A stretch of 61,192 bases of DNA, counting the filler, from Jimgerdemannia flammicorona (Eukaryota), in NCBI GenBank assembly GCA_003990765.1. It is 2 parts of 2 records of this genome, joined end to end, with 100 filler letters (N's around TTAATTAATTAA, not from the genome) between each part and the next. Parts side by side here need not be neighbours in the genome. Positions count along the whole stretch, not along the records: positions 30,654 to 61,192 come from RBNJ01000441.1; 1 more part is not named here. One strand, written 5' to 3'. The notes beneath the pieces were generated by a model. That model saw only the letters and a program-made list of their open reading frames with translations. It had not been told where the DNA came from and did no database searches. How positions within the stretch are numbered: the stretch's first letter is position 1; every line of letters starts with the position of its first letter. The position numbers and the translations under genes were made by a program. Of the stretch, positions 35,238-49,399 are shown piece by piece.

Positions 35238-38200
35238 TGTGCCTTTCTCAGCTAACATTCACTTTACAACACACTCACAAGTCGTTTATTAGAGAAAGGT
35301 GATAAGGAAATGGCAAACAATAAGTACTCTGGAGTGTGTACTGGGCAGGGCAGCCCTAGTGCATTCGACTGGCAGCAGGTGGGGAGAGGTCCTGGCCTGG
35401 GGGGTGACATAAGAGGGCTGTTAGCAGGAGGACAAGGAGGAGGTGGAGGAGACAGGGGAGGACAAGGATCTGGGAGGGCGAGCTTTGCAGAGATGGTGAA
35501 GGGAAGGCAGCAGATGATAGGGCTGGAGGGTTGGCTGAGGAAAGGCAAGGAGATGGAGATGACAACAGTTCATGGGTGAGTAGTGCCTGGGGGTGAGGGC
35601 AATGGAGCTGGGGGAGTAGTGGCTGGGGGGGGGTGTGATGGCTGATGGTGACAGGACTGCCAATCTGGAAAAAAATCCAGATGTGATGGCTGATGGTGCA
35701 GCTGAGCAGCTGAGGCTTAGAAGGCAGGGAGACTTGGCAGATGGTGTGATAGGTCTGGTGGTGGCACCATTACTCAAGAAATCAATCTCGGTATTTGCAG
35801 TAACACTGTGCTTCTGGGGCCTGGCAGTGATAGTGAAAATGGTGCTGGGGCTTATCACTAAGCAGGTGGCTGGAGCAGCATCCATGAAGTTCCTGAAAGG
35901 ACTGGAGGGAGTAGAGGTGGGTTTTGAGGAGGTAGAGCCCCTAGAGGAGGCACTGAAGGTTGGATTGATCATTGGAGAGGTGTGTGTCCTGATGGCATAT
36001 TGTCTGAAATAGGACCCCAGGGTGGTCCAATTGCTGGTGAAAGGAGTGCCCACAGTGACGGCAATGGAGATGAGAAAGAGAGTCAAGGAGGTCATGGTGG
36101 AGTATGACGAGGTAGTGGATATAGGGTTCAGGGTCTGGGAAGAGACCTCGCTCAGGACTGGGGACGTGGATGTACAGATTCGGCTGGCAGGGAAAGAAGC
36201 TATAGGGAAGACAAGAGACTGGTCTTCAGTGATGGTCTGGGGGGCAATCTTATGCAAGGTGACATGGGTGAAGGGGAGAAAGAAGGAGGAAGAGGATTTG
36301 CTGGAGGTACTGGAAGAGATGAGTGGAGTGGTAGAGCAGTGGGCAAAGCTTGGAAGTCCTATGTGGAGTCAATGCACTTAGAGATGGTGGATGAGAAGAG
36401 GATCAGAGTGGACAAGGGGCAATGGGAAATAGCTCAGGGCTGTAAACATCAGAAGGAGCTACTGGCTAAGATGGGGAGTTGACCATTGGAAGAGGCTGGG
36501 GGAAGGGTGGAACTGGGGGGTGCCAAGGTGAGTGTCTGGGCTGGCGAGAAGGATGAGAGTGCAGGGAAAGGAACAGAGGAGGATAGAAAGGCAGCTGGTG
36601 GTGACCCGTTTGCTGATGGTATGTTCAAGGTCTGGGAGAAGGACTGGGTGGGATTGCCTACCCCTACCCCTCTTATCAGGCGAGGGCCAGCTTATCGGAG
36701 CAGGGCAGGAGAAGATGTGCTGATGAAGGGGACCCAGCAAGTGCAATTTGGCATGCCTGAGGTAGCAAAGGGGGGACAGGTGGTGGAGGTTGGGGAGGAG
36801 GAATTGGTGGATGTCCCAGAGGTGTGGGATGAGGCAGCAAGTGCCGGGGCTGATATCATGATGTTGGATGGTGGAAGACTGGTGACCCCGAGAGGGAAGG
36901 AGGTTGGAAATCTACTTTGGATATGTAGGATGATGAATAATCTGGCAGCTGAAGAGCTTAGGGAGGTGGACTTGAGGGTAATGAGTGATGAGCATTGGGC
37001 ATGGATATTGCAGGGTGATGGTGTAGATTTGGCATTGAAGGTGGAGATCCTTATAGTGTATCTGGAGGAGGAAGGGTATGAGGTGGATAAGGAGTGAGAG
37101 GCTGAATTAGCAGGAGTTGCTGGTGAGAGGGCCAAGTACTGTTGGGCTAAGCGACATTGATTGTAGCTCTGGCAGGAGGCCTGCCAGGAATACCAAGAGG
37201 AGTTTGAGGAGAAGGCAGATGGATAGATGAATGAGCTGTTGGCTGGATTGGAGGCTCAGAGAGCCGAAGAAGAGGCAGTGACTGCGGAACATAATCTGGA
37301 CATGGTGCAGGAAGAGATGAACTTGGAGCAGTAGGGATGGACTGGATAAAAACACTATATGTCAATATGAATAGTATAACCAACATTTTTTCACCAAACG
37401 TAAACAGGTTATGGGGTGCTTCTCAACAAAGGAACATTTTTACTTGGCTGAAGGGATTGGAAGCCGATCTCTTCCTCTTGCAGGATGTCAGGTGTGATGA
37501 GGACTTAGATAAACTGGAATGGATAAAGGAATGGAGAGGTGAAGTAGTTTGAATGGGCAAGGTTGGAATTCTGATATGAAAAGGCAGAGAAGAGATAAGG
37601 AATATACAGAGCTGGGGAAATAGACTGGTCTGGGGTGAGTGGATACATCCTGGATGGGGGCCAATTACAGTGGGATCTTATTACTGCCCTGCTGTATGGG
37701 GTGAGCATGTGGACTGGGTGAAGGGTCTTCAAGAGAGCAGGACACTCATGGAGGCTGGGGTGGATGTACTGGATGGAGATTTTAATATGATTCAAGAGGC
37801 ACTATTAGACAGAACAGATGGCAGATGAGGAGTTGAGGGTTGGAGTGGAGGACTGGCAGTATGGGAGGAAGTAGAAAGACTGAGTGCTCTGGTAGATGCA
37901 GGAAGGAAGTGCTGGGGGAATAGGAGGGTATATACACATTGGGCAAGAGGCTTGGGGACAAGAATTGATTGGATGCTGACAGCCAGCTGCTGGGGTTTGG
38001 ATGTTTGGAGATCACTGGAGGTGGAGTGGTGTCCTTGGTCGGATCACTGGGGGATTTTGGGACAGGGTCAGTTTGGGGGAAGTGGGGATGGGCCTGGACA
38101 TTGGCACCTCAATTCCTCCTTGTTAGATGATAGAATCTGGTGGGATGGGTGGGCTGCAGACATTCAGTTACAGGTAGTGAGTTGGAGGCAGGAAGGTATC

Positions 38201-41089
38201 CTAGTTGATATTCGGTGGATGCGAATGAAGGCATTGGCCAAGACATACTGGAGTGAGGCTGGCAAGGAGGCTGGGAAACAGAGGAGGCGAAAAGTGAGAT
38301 GAGCCTCTAGTAGACTGTCTAGGCTCTTAGGAGATTGGGCGAGACTAGTTACATTGGAGGGAGAGGAGAATTGGCAGTCCATAAGTGTGCAAAAGGGGGT
38401 TGGTGAACTACAACAGGTGCTGCGAGAGGAGGAAGAAGCAAGGGTGAAGGGCTTGGTGACTAGGCTATGGTGGCAGGGATTGGAGGAAGGAGAGAGTCCC
38501 TCTAAGTTCCTCACAAGAGCCCTTCGGGTGAGGAGGGTGCAACAAAGGTGGGAGGAGGTGCTCAATTCGGATGGGGTCCTGGTCCATGGTATTCAAGACA
38601 TTATTGGATCTTTAAAGGAGCACTGGAGTGGATTGTGGAGTGAGGAGGAGGGTGGTGTAGATGCCAATGCGATTGGCCATGCATTAGAAGATTGGTAACC
38701 CCCACAGATAGATGGGTTGGGTGACTTGGTGTTGTCAGTCCAAGAGGAGGAGATCCACCAGGTTCTTGCTGCAACAACTTCGGGTACAGCACCTGGTGAA
38801 GATGGTCTGCCCTGAGATTTTTGGAAGAAGATGGTCAGGATCCCAGGAGTACTGGGGGAGATGACAGCATTGTGTAATCTTATTCTACAGACAGGGAAAT
38901 GGGTGGGAGAGCAGGATCTGGGGTTGGTGACATTGCTCTACAAGAACAAAGGAAGGCAAGAGGACTGGAGGAATTGGAGGCCAATAATCCTCTTGGATAT
39001 AGACAGAAAGTTGGTTACTAAGGTGGTGGTTGCAAGACTATAAAAGGTGGTACAGCAAATCTTGGGCATTGAGCAGAGGGGCTTTGTAGGAGGATGGCTC
39101 ATTAGGGATGGTACAGCCTGGGTACATGGAGTTATTGAAGGGGCATGGGCTTGTAGATTGAATGGGCATCTGGTCTTCTTGGACCAAGAGAAGGCTTATA
39201 ACTGGGTGAGGTATGTTTGGCTGGTGAAAGTTTTGGATAGGGCTGGGGTTCTGTACCAGTTCCGGTCAGCAATGATCAGTCTACTGGATGGGAGTAGGGC
39301 AGCACTCATGTGTAATGGACATTGAGGGGTGGCTTTTCCCTTGGGCAGGGGGGTACCCCAGGGGTTCCATTTTGTATGCCCTCTCTCTGAAACTGCTATT
39401 GGATAGAATCAGGTAGAAGATAGTAGGGCTCTCTATCTTTGGCATTGAGTGGAAGGTGGGGGCCTTTGCAGATGACATGGTGGTCAGATTGGGATCAATT
39501 GCAGATGTTGAGGAGCTTAAGGAGACAGTGGAGTGGTATGAGGTGAACTGTGGGGCATGACTTAATTGGCATAAGTGTGAAACAATAGTGCTTGGCAATA
39601 GTCTGGTGGGTGGGGAGATTATTGGAACAATTGTCCCTGCTGGTGAGACAGTGTGGTACTTGGGTATCTATCTTTCAGTATATGGGTCAGTACTACCCAG
39701 ACTTTGGTGGGAGCAGTGAGTTGGCATTTGGAGAGAGGCCCTGTGGAGTTGGGGGGGCCGTCAACTGTCCCTGGCAGAATGTGTTACTATATTGAATGTC
39801 TACTGGCTGCTGAAGTTATAGTATCTGGCGTACCATCTGGACTTCCCATCCTGGGTGGTAAAGAGGCTGATGAAGCTTGCCAAGGGATGGATCTGGGCTG
39901 GAAGAAGGAGTCAGATAAGCTGAGAGGTCTTATCCCTACCAGTGGCAAGTGGCAGACTGGGACTGGTTGACTTTCTGAAGAGGCTATACTGCTTGAGGGC
40001 TTGGTGGATGAAGAGAGCCATGGAATTGAGAGGAGGAGATTGGGTCCCCCTATTGTAGAAGGTTTAGAAGAGGCAGTCTACATCTAGGGGTTTAACTGAT
40101 GATCTCCTATCTTTGATTGGACTTCAGAACACTGCTCAATTGCAATTTAAAGGCTTCTGGTGGGAGATAGCAGAGGGGGTACACCGCATCAGGATCCATT
40201 GGCAGGGAAATGATGGGGAGGAGATTTGGGACCTAGAGATGTGGAGATGGGACCAGGTGCTACTGGGTGAGGTTCCATTGCTTGAGTTTGACATTAGTGA
40301 TGGGATAGACTGCCAGAGGGGACTGGGCCAGGATCTGTGGCCCAGCAGTTGGTAAGGTGTAGGAATTGGTGAGGAGTGGGACTGGCGGAGTATCTGGGCA
40401 TGGAGTGCTAGTGTGAAAAGATGGATGCTGCCAAAGTATTGGGTGACTTGGTGGTGCATGTTGAGGAGGAATGTCATGCTCAATTACCACTTGGGTCATC
40501 TTGTTGAGGGAGGCTGTTTTGACTGCGAGGTGTACTATGTATAATATAGACCAGGAAGGGGGTTATGAACAGATGCCGGAACATTGGCTAGAGGAGTGTG
40601 ATATACTTAGTGACTTTTGGCAATCTGTTGGGGATCATTTGGGGGTGAGGGCTAGGGCTTTTGGCATGTGGAGGAGGTGGGAGGACTTAAGAGACAGATT
40701 GGTGGAGGGGGTGAGAAAGGAATGGCTCATGCTAGGTTGGACACTGGCTATTTGGGTAGGGTTGGCTGGCCACTGGTTGTTTGTTTTCGAGAAGGAGAGG
40801 AGACTGGGCTTGGAGGTCTGGCTGTGGCAGTGGCAGAACCTTATGGAGGATACCTTGACTGGCTGGTGGCTTGGTTGGGGGATACAGAAGGGTCAGAGGT
40901 GTAATCTGGTAGAGAAAATTTGTAGGCAGAGTGGGGGAAGGGTGGGAGTAGTTGGGGAGAAGGTGGTCTTTACTTGGGTTGGGGTGGGGCAAGGCCCCCC
41001 CATGGGGATTGGATAGTAGTTAGAAGACTGTATATTTAACAATAGACTGGCAATAAATAGTGAAGTCCAAGTGACTATAAAAAAAAAAA
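35238..41089 (+). mobile_element. Full-length degenerate LINE family A (L1/Tx1-like): ORF1 + APE-RT ORF2
   Basis: 16-bp TSD gag(a/g)ttcctgccttca (35222-35237/41090-41105) and poly(A). APE motifs NVNRL, LLQD, GDFN, RIDW, SDH. RT motifs NWRPIILLDID, FLDQEKAY, GVPQG, AFADD, YLG. C-terminal C..EH..EC knuckle. Confidence 0.95.
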
Positions 41090-41924
41090 GAGGTTCCTGC
41101 CTTCAGACCTCAGTTGAGAGTAGAACTTATAACTACTGCCAAGAATCAAGAGTACAAGATTGTAGAGGCTCACAATGCACAAGAAGAATCTGAAGATCAG
41201 TACAAGACATCAGCCAATACCTCATGTCAAATCAAAGACTATATCTTTGATACTATCATTGATACTGGTGCTGAAGGATGGCTTATGAGTAAGAAGACAA
41301 TTGAGTGCCTAGGCTGGGATATTGAAGAGTCCATCAAGATAGTCTATGTTACAGCAGATAGTATATAAGCTACCCCTCTTGGCAAAATCCACAAGGTCCC
41401 CATCAAGATAGGAGGAGCTACTATCCCAGTAGATGTGATTGTTACAAGTGCCACCAACTATAACATCCTCATTGGCAACCAATGGCTTCACAAGACTAAG
41501 GCTATCATTGATCTCAATGTCCAGAAGTTAGATCAACTATAGAGGAAGAAAGGTACAAGTCTCTATCAATATCCACAAAGGAGTCCTACCAGATATAGAG
41601 AAAGGAGATGAAGAGGACACAGAAGTCTTTATACACTTGGTGAACAAGAACAAGAACAAGATACCCAAGCTCATAGATGAACAGTGGTACAACAAGATCA
41701 TTAATGACTATGCTCCTCAAGGAAGATGCCCCCATGGTACTAGGATGTACTGCTCTGAACACCTGAATGACTGCTGGTCCTGAATCAGTGAAGTCAGAAA
41801 AATCTGCCAACAGAAACATGAGCAAGAAGCTGCTGAAGCAAAAAGAAAAGCCAAAGAATATGACCAACCCCCTGAGCTTCAAGCTGATAGTGATGATGAG
41901 GAGGAACAAGAATCAGATATCACC

Positions 41925-42335
41925 CTCAAGGTCAAGAAGCTCCACCCTGAAGCCAAGATCCCAGAATACAAGACTGAAGAAGCCATAGGAATGGACCTTG
42001 TCAATATTCAAGATACTACCCTTGAACCACAGACCACTACCCTACTTGGCACTGGAATTGGAGTCAAGCTGCCAGAGAACTATTCTGAAATTATCAAGAC
42101 CAGGAGCAGTGTGACCAAAAGTGAAATCTCAGTTGAAGGAGGAGTAATTGACTCTGATTACACTGGCAAGATCTTCCTCATAGTCAGGAATCACAACCCC
42201 ACCACCCCATATGAAGTCAAGAAGCATGACAGGATTGGCCAGATGCTGATCCATGAAATCAAGAAGCCCAAGATCACTGAAGCCATTGAACTCATCAAGA
42301 TCAATAGAGAAGAACAAGGCTTTGGATCTATAGGA
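41925..42335 (+). pseudogene. dut: dUTPase domain in Gypsy-2 pol
   Basis: IGMDL, TRSSVT, GGVIDSDYTG, RIGQM, REEQGFGSIG. Confidence 0.92.
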
Positions 42336-45300
42336 AGAGGAGTCTATGCCATCACCAAGATTACCAAACTTGAGCACAAGAAAGACAAGAACCAGAACAA
42401 GCACACATATACCATTGGAGAAAATTTTTCCCTAGAAGAACAACTTCTCAAGATCCTATATCAGAATGAATGAGTACTTGCTACAGACTTCAGGGATATC
42501 CACAATCAAGAACCCAAGTACTATTATGAAGTTGATACTAGTGATACCAAGCCCATCTATCAGAAAGCCAGACCCATACCACCTGTCTACAGAGAATGGC
42601 TGTGAGCAGAACTCAAGGAAATGGAAGAAGCCATAATTATCAAGTAAGCTCTCAGTCTCTGGGCTTCACTCATTGTTCTTACTTCAAAGAAAGGCAGCAA
42701 GCCTGGAGAGTTTGTACCAAGACTCTGTATTGACTACAGGAAGCTCAATACAATTACTAAGAATAATAGGCAGCCCTTGCCAAATATTCAAGAAATCCTT
42801 ACCACTCTTTGAAGTGAAGCCAAATACTACACCCCCTTGGATCTGTTTTCAGGTTTCCATCAGATTGGTCTCACTCAAGATGTCAGTGAGAAATCAGCTT
42901 TCATCATACCTGACACCACCTATATCTACCTGTGAATGCCATTTAGAATGTGGAATGCTCTAGTAAGTTTCCAGTAAATGATGAACAGAGTCTTCAGCAA
43001 TGAGATTGGAAAATAGCTCTTTGTCTATGTTGATGATGTGATAATCTTTAGCAATACTGCATGGGAACATATCAACCATAATCAGCTAGCTCTCAAGAAG
43101 CACAAGAAGTATGGCCTCTAAATCAAGTCCAAGAAATGCAAGTTTGTAGCTCAGGGAATCACCTACCTAGGACATCTCATCAACCAGACTAGAATCCACA
43201 CAGACCCCATGAAGATCAAGGCTATTGCAGCCTACCCAAGACCCAGAACAACCATAGAAGTCCATGCCTTATTTGGACTGGCCAGCTACTATAGAAGATT
43301 CATCAAAGGATACTCTAACATTGCAGCACCTATCTATGAGCTACTGAAGAAGGAAACCAAATTCGAATGGACTAAGGAATGCCAAGAAATCTTCAATGAG
43401 CTCAAGACCAGGTTGATTCAAGCACCTATTCTCTGAAGACCAGATTGGAATCTATAATTCATCCTGCAGACAGATGCAAGTGCTATAGGACTTGGAGTAG
43501 TCCTAGCTCAGAAGAAAGATGGATATGAATATGTTATCTCCTATGCAAGCTGAGGTACTCACAGAGCAGAACAAAACTATAAGTCATGTAAGCTTGAATG
43601 CTTAGCAGTAGTTTGGGCAGTAGATATGTTCCAATACTACCTAGCCAGGAAACCCTTAACTATTCAAGCAGACCATTCTGCTCTTACCTGGCTATTCCAC
43701 ACTCTAAACCCCAAAGGAATATATATCAGATAGATCTACAGGCTACAAGAGTATGACTATACTATCAGCACTACTCAGGAAGAACCAACACCAATACTGA
43801 TGCACTCTCAAGGATACCCTGAAACAATTCCATCAAGACTACTCAACATGAATAAGGAGTGATACTATAGATTAATCAGCTACCTTTGACAGTAGAAGAT
43901 GCTCAACCACCTCAAATCCTGGATAATCACCATCATCAACCAGACTTGGAAACAGTTTGAACTAGACAACACTATACTCAGAAAAGGAGGAAAGCTTATA
44001 ATACCCAAACACAAGAAGTATTAAGTAATGAAGGAAGTACATGAGCAAGGATACCTAGGAGGAACCAATATATACAATAAGGCAAGAAGAATCATGTAGT
44101 GGCCCAAAATGAAAGAAGACCTACACCAATTTATCAAAGGGTGTGACAAGTGCCAAAAACAGAAACAAGATCAGTAAGACCAGGTACCCAGGTCATCAAG
44201 AATTGAGCCTATCCACTTCCACTACATCACAATAGATATTATTGGACCACTCCAGTAATACTATCAGGAAACTGCTATATTATAGTTATTGTAGACCACT
44301 TTATCAAATGGATAAAGGCAGGAGTATTACAAGAAGCCAATGCCCTCTCTATAGCTGACAAGAAATCATCTGGTGCTACAAGACACCAAAGCAAATCACA
44401 ACAGACCATGCCACAGAATTTGTCAATAGATTCTACAAGATAATGTATCAGAAATACAAGATTCAGCACATCAAGACTACCATATACTACCCTCAAGGAA
44501 ATGGACAGACAGAGAGAACCAATAAGACCCTCAAGAACATCCTGGTGAAAATCTCAGAGACATATGAGAATTGGGATAACTACCTCCCAACTGCCCTCTC
44601 TGTCCTATAAGACATATAGTCAAAGAGCACACACTTCACCCCAAGTGAACTGCTCTTCAGAGAAGAAGATTCTGATGGAACCTCAGCCACAAATCTAGAC
44701 CTAACTTGGAGATAGGTTGAAGCAGAAATCTGGAGGCTTAACCAAATTAGGAAGAAGGCTGAAAATTACATTATTAAGTCACAAGCACTGACAAGGAAGA
44801 ATGCAGAAAAGAATCACAAGACCCTAGAACCCATCCGAATCAGAGAAAAGGTCTTACTATATCGAAATATGAAAGAAGCCTCATGATCACAAAAACTGGA
44901 GCACAAATGAAAAGGACCCTTTATGTGCAAGATATCAAGAGAACTATCTTTTGGCTTAGAAAAATCTCAGAGACCATACTGTCTACCATGGTACACAGGA
45001 ATAGACTCAAGAAGTACCATGAACCTATACAAGAGAAGTAAAACATAATGACTGCCCACAAGGTTCTAGTCCGCAAATCATAACAGTATGTCCTGTGACC
45101 AGCAGGCTATCTGTCTGGACCATTCTCTAAGGGATACGGTACCAGCAACTACTCATCCATGAGACTTTCGAAGCCAGAGGAGTTCGAACTGTCAACTGAT
45201 TGGTCAAAATCAGAATCAGACCCTTGCTCTATATGAAGGGAGCAACCCTTCACCATCATGCCAAAATATAAAGAGAAGACACACATAAATACTACTTTTT

Positions 45301-45392
45301 GACTCCTAGCCAGAGGTTATGGGATCAGCAAATTTTTCAGAATTGGACCAATGAATAAGGATGCTCAAGAAGATCCTTATTCAGGAGGAAGA

Positions 45393-46981
45393 TGTAATGG
45401 TAACCCCAGAATAATGACATCAGTACAGAAGATGACCTTTTCTCGCAAGCCACCAGATCTGAGCATGAGAAGATCATACAGCATGCAAGATGAGCAATGA
45501 TGACCAACTATGAGTCATTGTGATCATGGTATGAGTATCTTGAGAAATATAAAAGAAGAATCAAGGAACCACAGTAGCAGCAACCAACAAGACCCACCAA
45601 TTCCAAAATAGCTCAAAGACTTACCATAAACAAAATGCCTGCCACTCACCAAACCTCAAGATCAAGGAACCACCAAGGTATCCCAGTTGAAGAAAGGATG
45701 TTCCAAGACATCAGAAGAGCCATGAGGACCCACACAAGAAGGACTCCTAGTGTCAACCCGAGTACAGCAGACCCTTATCACTATATTCTCTATTATTGTA
45801 AAATGGAAACAAGGATCACCATTGCTACTGAATGCCTCCAAATATAGTAGGAGTATGAAATAGGAAACCTCCTCTACCTGGAGTTCCCACAGGCCAGTCT
45901 CCAAGAGTTATAAGATACTACTCCCATAGACCCACATGAAGCAAGAACAGCTAAGAAGATTCATCAGATCTTCAGGCATGCACCATGGTCAATCCCCAAC
46001 TTGGAGTATGTTAGAGTCTCAGACTTCCAAGACCTATCATTCCACTATATCAATGCATTAGAAACCAGAGTAGCTACAGAAGCTCAGTCCACTATTACCC
46101 TCAATAGTGATAAAGTAGAAAACTTCTGACATCCTATCCTTCAGGATAACCCAGACAAATTTCTCCAAGGATTAATCTCAGTATTCCAAGGCACAAGCAT
46201 CCAGGCTAGACCTCCCCAAGACCCCACATTTATTCCCTATTTTGTAGAAGAGAACCTCATAGACTAGAAAGCTCCAGATCTTCTTGTTTTCACAACTGCC
46301 TCCACCGAATGTGATGATATCATTGGCAATGATGTCATCCTGTGCAATATATGCAAAGCATGTGAAGTATATAAAACATGCAACCTATGTGACCATGATG
46401 AATTCGTAGACCTCATCTCCTTTGAAGACATCCAGACATCTGATGAGGATGAAGCCCCCATGGTCTTGAACATTCTGCTCTAAGTCCCTAGGTGATGCAG
46501 AATTGTTCCAGCACTGGCATTTTGAGATGACACAGAATTATTACAGCACTGGCATTTTGAGGTGATGCGGAATTGTTCTAGCACTGGTATTTTGATATGA
46601 TATTGAATTATACCAGCATCTCAAACCTATACAACTACTAGTGCTGACCCTGGAACTTAGTAGTTTTTCCTGTTCTGGAATTTTGTTTTAGTTATTAGAA
46701 TTTATATTTAGCTTTATATCTTAGCAACCATTGAATTATATTTTGTATAAATATCCCTCTTATTTTCTCTAAAATAAAGTCAGTTATAGTTCACTTATAT
46801 ACAATCTCTTGTAAGCAATCTAAGAGATAACAAGACAGTTTAAAGATAAGAAGTTTGAGGACTATAAGACCTTGGGAAGGCACTCCAATAAGAACTTGCT
46901 TATAACAAACTTGAGTTGGTCTAAGAGATACCTTGAAGAGAATCTGATATATTTGAAGAACTCAGCGACCACTACATGACA
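45393..46981 (+). repeat. Gypsy-2 3' LTR
   Basis: Direct repeat of 32287-33875. Confidence 0.95.
45635..46469 (+). pseudogene. LTR-embedded ORF, 3' LTR copy
   Basis: One reading frame MPATHQTSRS...YEIGNLL...AKKIHQIFRHAPWSIPNL...CNICKACEVYKTCNLCDH. All internal stops are one transition from CAA/CAG/TGG/CGA. Confidence 0.78.
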
Positions 46982-47939
46982 ATATCTAAGAAATTAATAT
47001 AGGAAGAGAGAGAGTTAAATTAAAGAGCTGATATTATAAATATAAATAAAATTGAAAAGAAATGAGAACATCCAACTGAATATTCACATATGAGAATTGC
47101 CAAAATATATAATAAGGCAGGATAATTAGATAATTTTTTCTAATAATATAACATATATCAGAAGAATTAGTTACTATTATCATTTTGATTACATCAAGAG
47201 CTTCTATGGTATTCTGATTATAGATTACTATCTATATCTCTTTCTGTCAGATATCAGCTTTTCTATCTTATCTATCTTGAAAGAAATAGTTATTTGGGTT
47301 AAGATATTTTGCCATACTGATCAATTCACCCTATTTGATAATTAGTTATGTAGAGAGTCTAGAGATAGGACTAGATACTTAAATAAAATTAGATCCACCA
47401 GATATTATAATAGAATAGTATGTTATTATTACTATATATATGTAATCTACTTATAGTATTATAAATGAGAAGTCATTACTATAAATTGTTTCACAACTAT
47501 AATAGTACTTATTATAAGTATCTCAAGTATACAGATTATCACTTCCAGCAGCTTACTTACATTATATGACTTAGTACCTATATATATCTTTTAGTATGAG
47601 ATAGATACATAACTACTCTGTACTTTTTATAAGTAAATAAATGGGAAGATCAGATCATATATCTCATATTATTTATCATTAATAGTTTATATATTTTTGA
47701 GTCTTTCAATATAGATGATATATTTTAATATTATTATTGCTCATTAGATAATTTTGTCATCTCTATAATAGAGTTAAGTAAATAGATCAAAGCTTGATCA
47801 AAATATGAAGTATTTATCAACTAATCTTTCCATTAGTTCAAACTTACATAACTTGCTAAATCTGATTATCTATATAACTAGCTAGATATATAAGTAAACA
47901 TATATTGATCATCTATCTAATTTATAATCCAATCATATC

Positions 47940-49138
47940 TTTTTTTTTTTTTTTAACAGACTTATAGTCTCATGGATTTTTATTAGAAGGGAACTTAGAC
48001 TATATAGGCTGAAACCCTCTCCCACCACCCACCAAACATTATCCCCCTATTAATCTAGACCACTAAATTGTTCAGCAGTCCCACTACTCCAGCTATGCCT
48101 ATTGAATACCAGCTACATCAACCCCTATAATATAGACTAGACTTGTCTGCTCACCAGGGCTAAATAATTGTGATTATACACAAGAGTATACCTATACATC
48201 AGATCTAGCAGCACTGGGACTGAATAAAGAATAGCTTCTCAAATCTCAAAGAAAAGTTCAAAATAAAGAAAAACTTCCCAACCAACTAATAGAAATCAAA
48301 GTAGATTCAAAGTAGATAAGTAAAAGACTTATATATAGAACTCTCCCCAAAAGGACTTATATATAGACTAGGGCCAGAAAAGACCCCACTCCCACTCTCT
48401 AAGCCTGTAGGCCTTGATCATATTACTATGTCAGCTCTTAGTTTCAGTTGGGTACTACTAAATGAGAAAGGTCCTACTCTCTAAGCCTGCAGGTCTTAAT
48501 CATATTGCTGTGTCAGCTCTCAGTTCTAGTTGGGTATAGTTAGGATACTAGCCTCTACACCACCCCACCCTCTACTAGCCAATCTGAAAGTCTTACTGAG
48601 ATAATGTCTGCCTCAACCCCAATAACTGCCCCCAGCCTGATATCTTACTAGTTCACTGTAATCACTCTTCCTCCTATCTATTATAGCCATCTCTCCTCCC
48701 ATCTCAACAATACCTGAAAAGCAGTCACATATACCAGTATCATGCTCATCGGAAAGCTCACCAAAGCTCAGAGAGCCCAACCACAGATACCAAATAATCT
48801 ACAGATAATATATACTGATACTTGATATTCAAGGTCAGCCAACATTCTATACAGCCTATGATATATCAAGATGATACCTTGTGATGATGGCAAAAGGAAG
48901 AAGACACTGTACCAAAATGAGTATACATATCCCAAATATAGCTATAGATATCAGAAATTACAAAAAAGTAAAGAAAACACTGATCTGATACTAATAAAGA
49001 GGTAACTCATCACCATTGCCTCCCTCCCACTGCTCTGCAATAGGTACAGCAAACCATCTCAAGGTAGAGGGGATATAAGTTGTAGAAAGTAGACTTAGAA
49101 GGTTGTCTACTAAAATATTATAACTGGTAGAGAAAGGG
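47940..49138 (-). mobile_element. LINE family B 3' remnant, copy B
   Basis: Poly(T) then colinear with 1-1190; possible short TSD atatct. Confidence 0.8.
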
Positions 49139-49399
49139 ATATCTTGATGATCCAATTATACCTTTGATTTAAGTTAGTAGTTATAAGTTAAAAAGTATAT
49201 AATTGACTAACTCTATCAGAAGATTAATAAATTATAATAATTATCAAAGATGATCTAGTATTATAGAAGTTTGTATCAGAAAATTACATTTAGTATATGA
49301 TTAAATATATAGTTAAGTATATTATTTAATAAAATATAGAAGAGACCTTACTTAAGATATATATATAAAATATCTCTATATATATTATGGTGTATAATA

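Larger units (their letters stand above)
32287..46981 (+). mobile_element. Ty3/Gypsy LTR retrotransposon 'Gypsy-2' with ~1.59-kb LTRs; degenerate, with a nested LINE
   Basis: LTRs TG..CA, PBS at 33879, PPT caggaggaaga before 45393, ATAT TSD (32283-32286/46982-46985). gag from 34002; protease IIDTGA ~41255; dUTPase, RT, RNase H and IN to ~45040. Confidence 0.95.

Noticed and set aside
45047..45392. Possible env-position ORF in Gypsy-2
   Set aside because: Short, stops in all frames, and no second copy or homologue to reconstruct it from.
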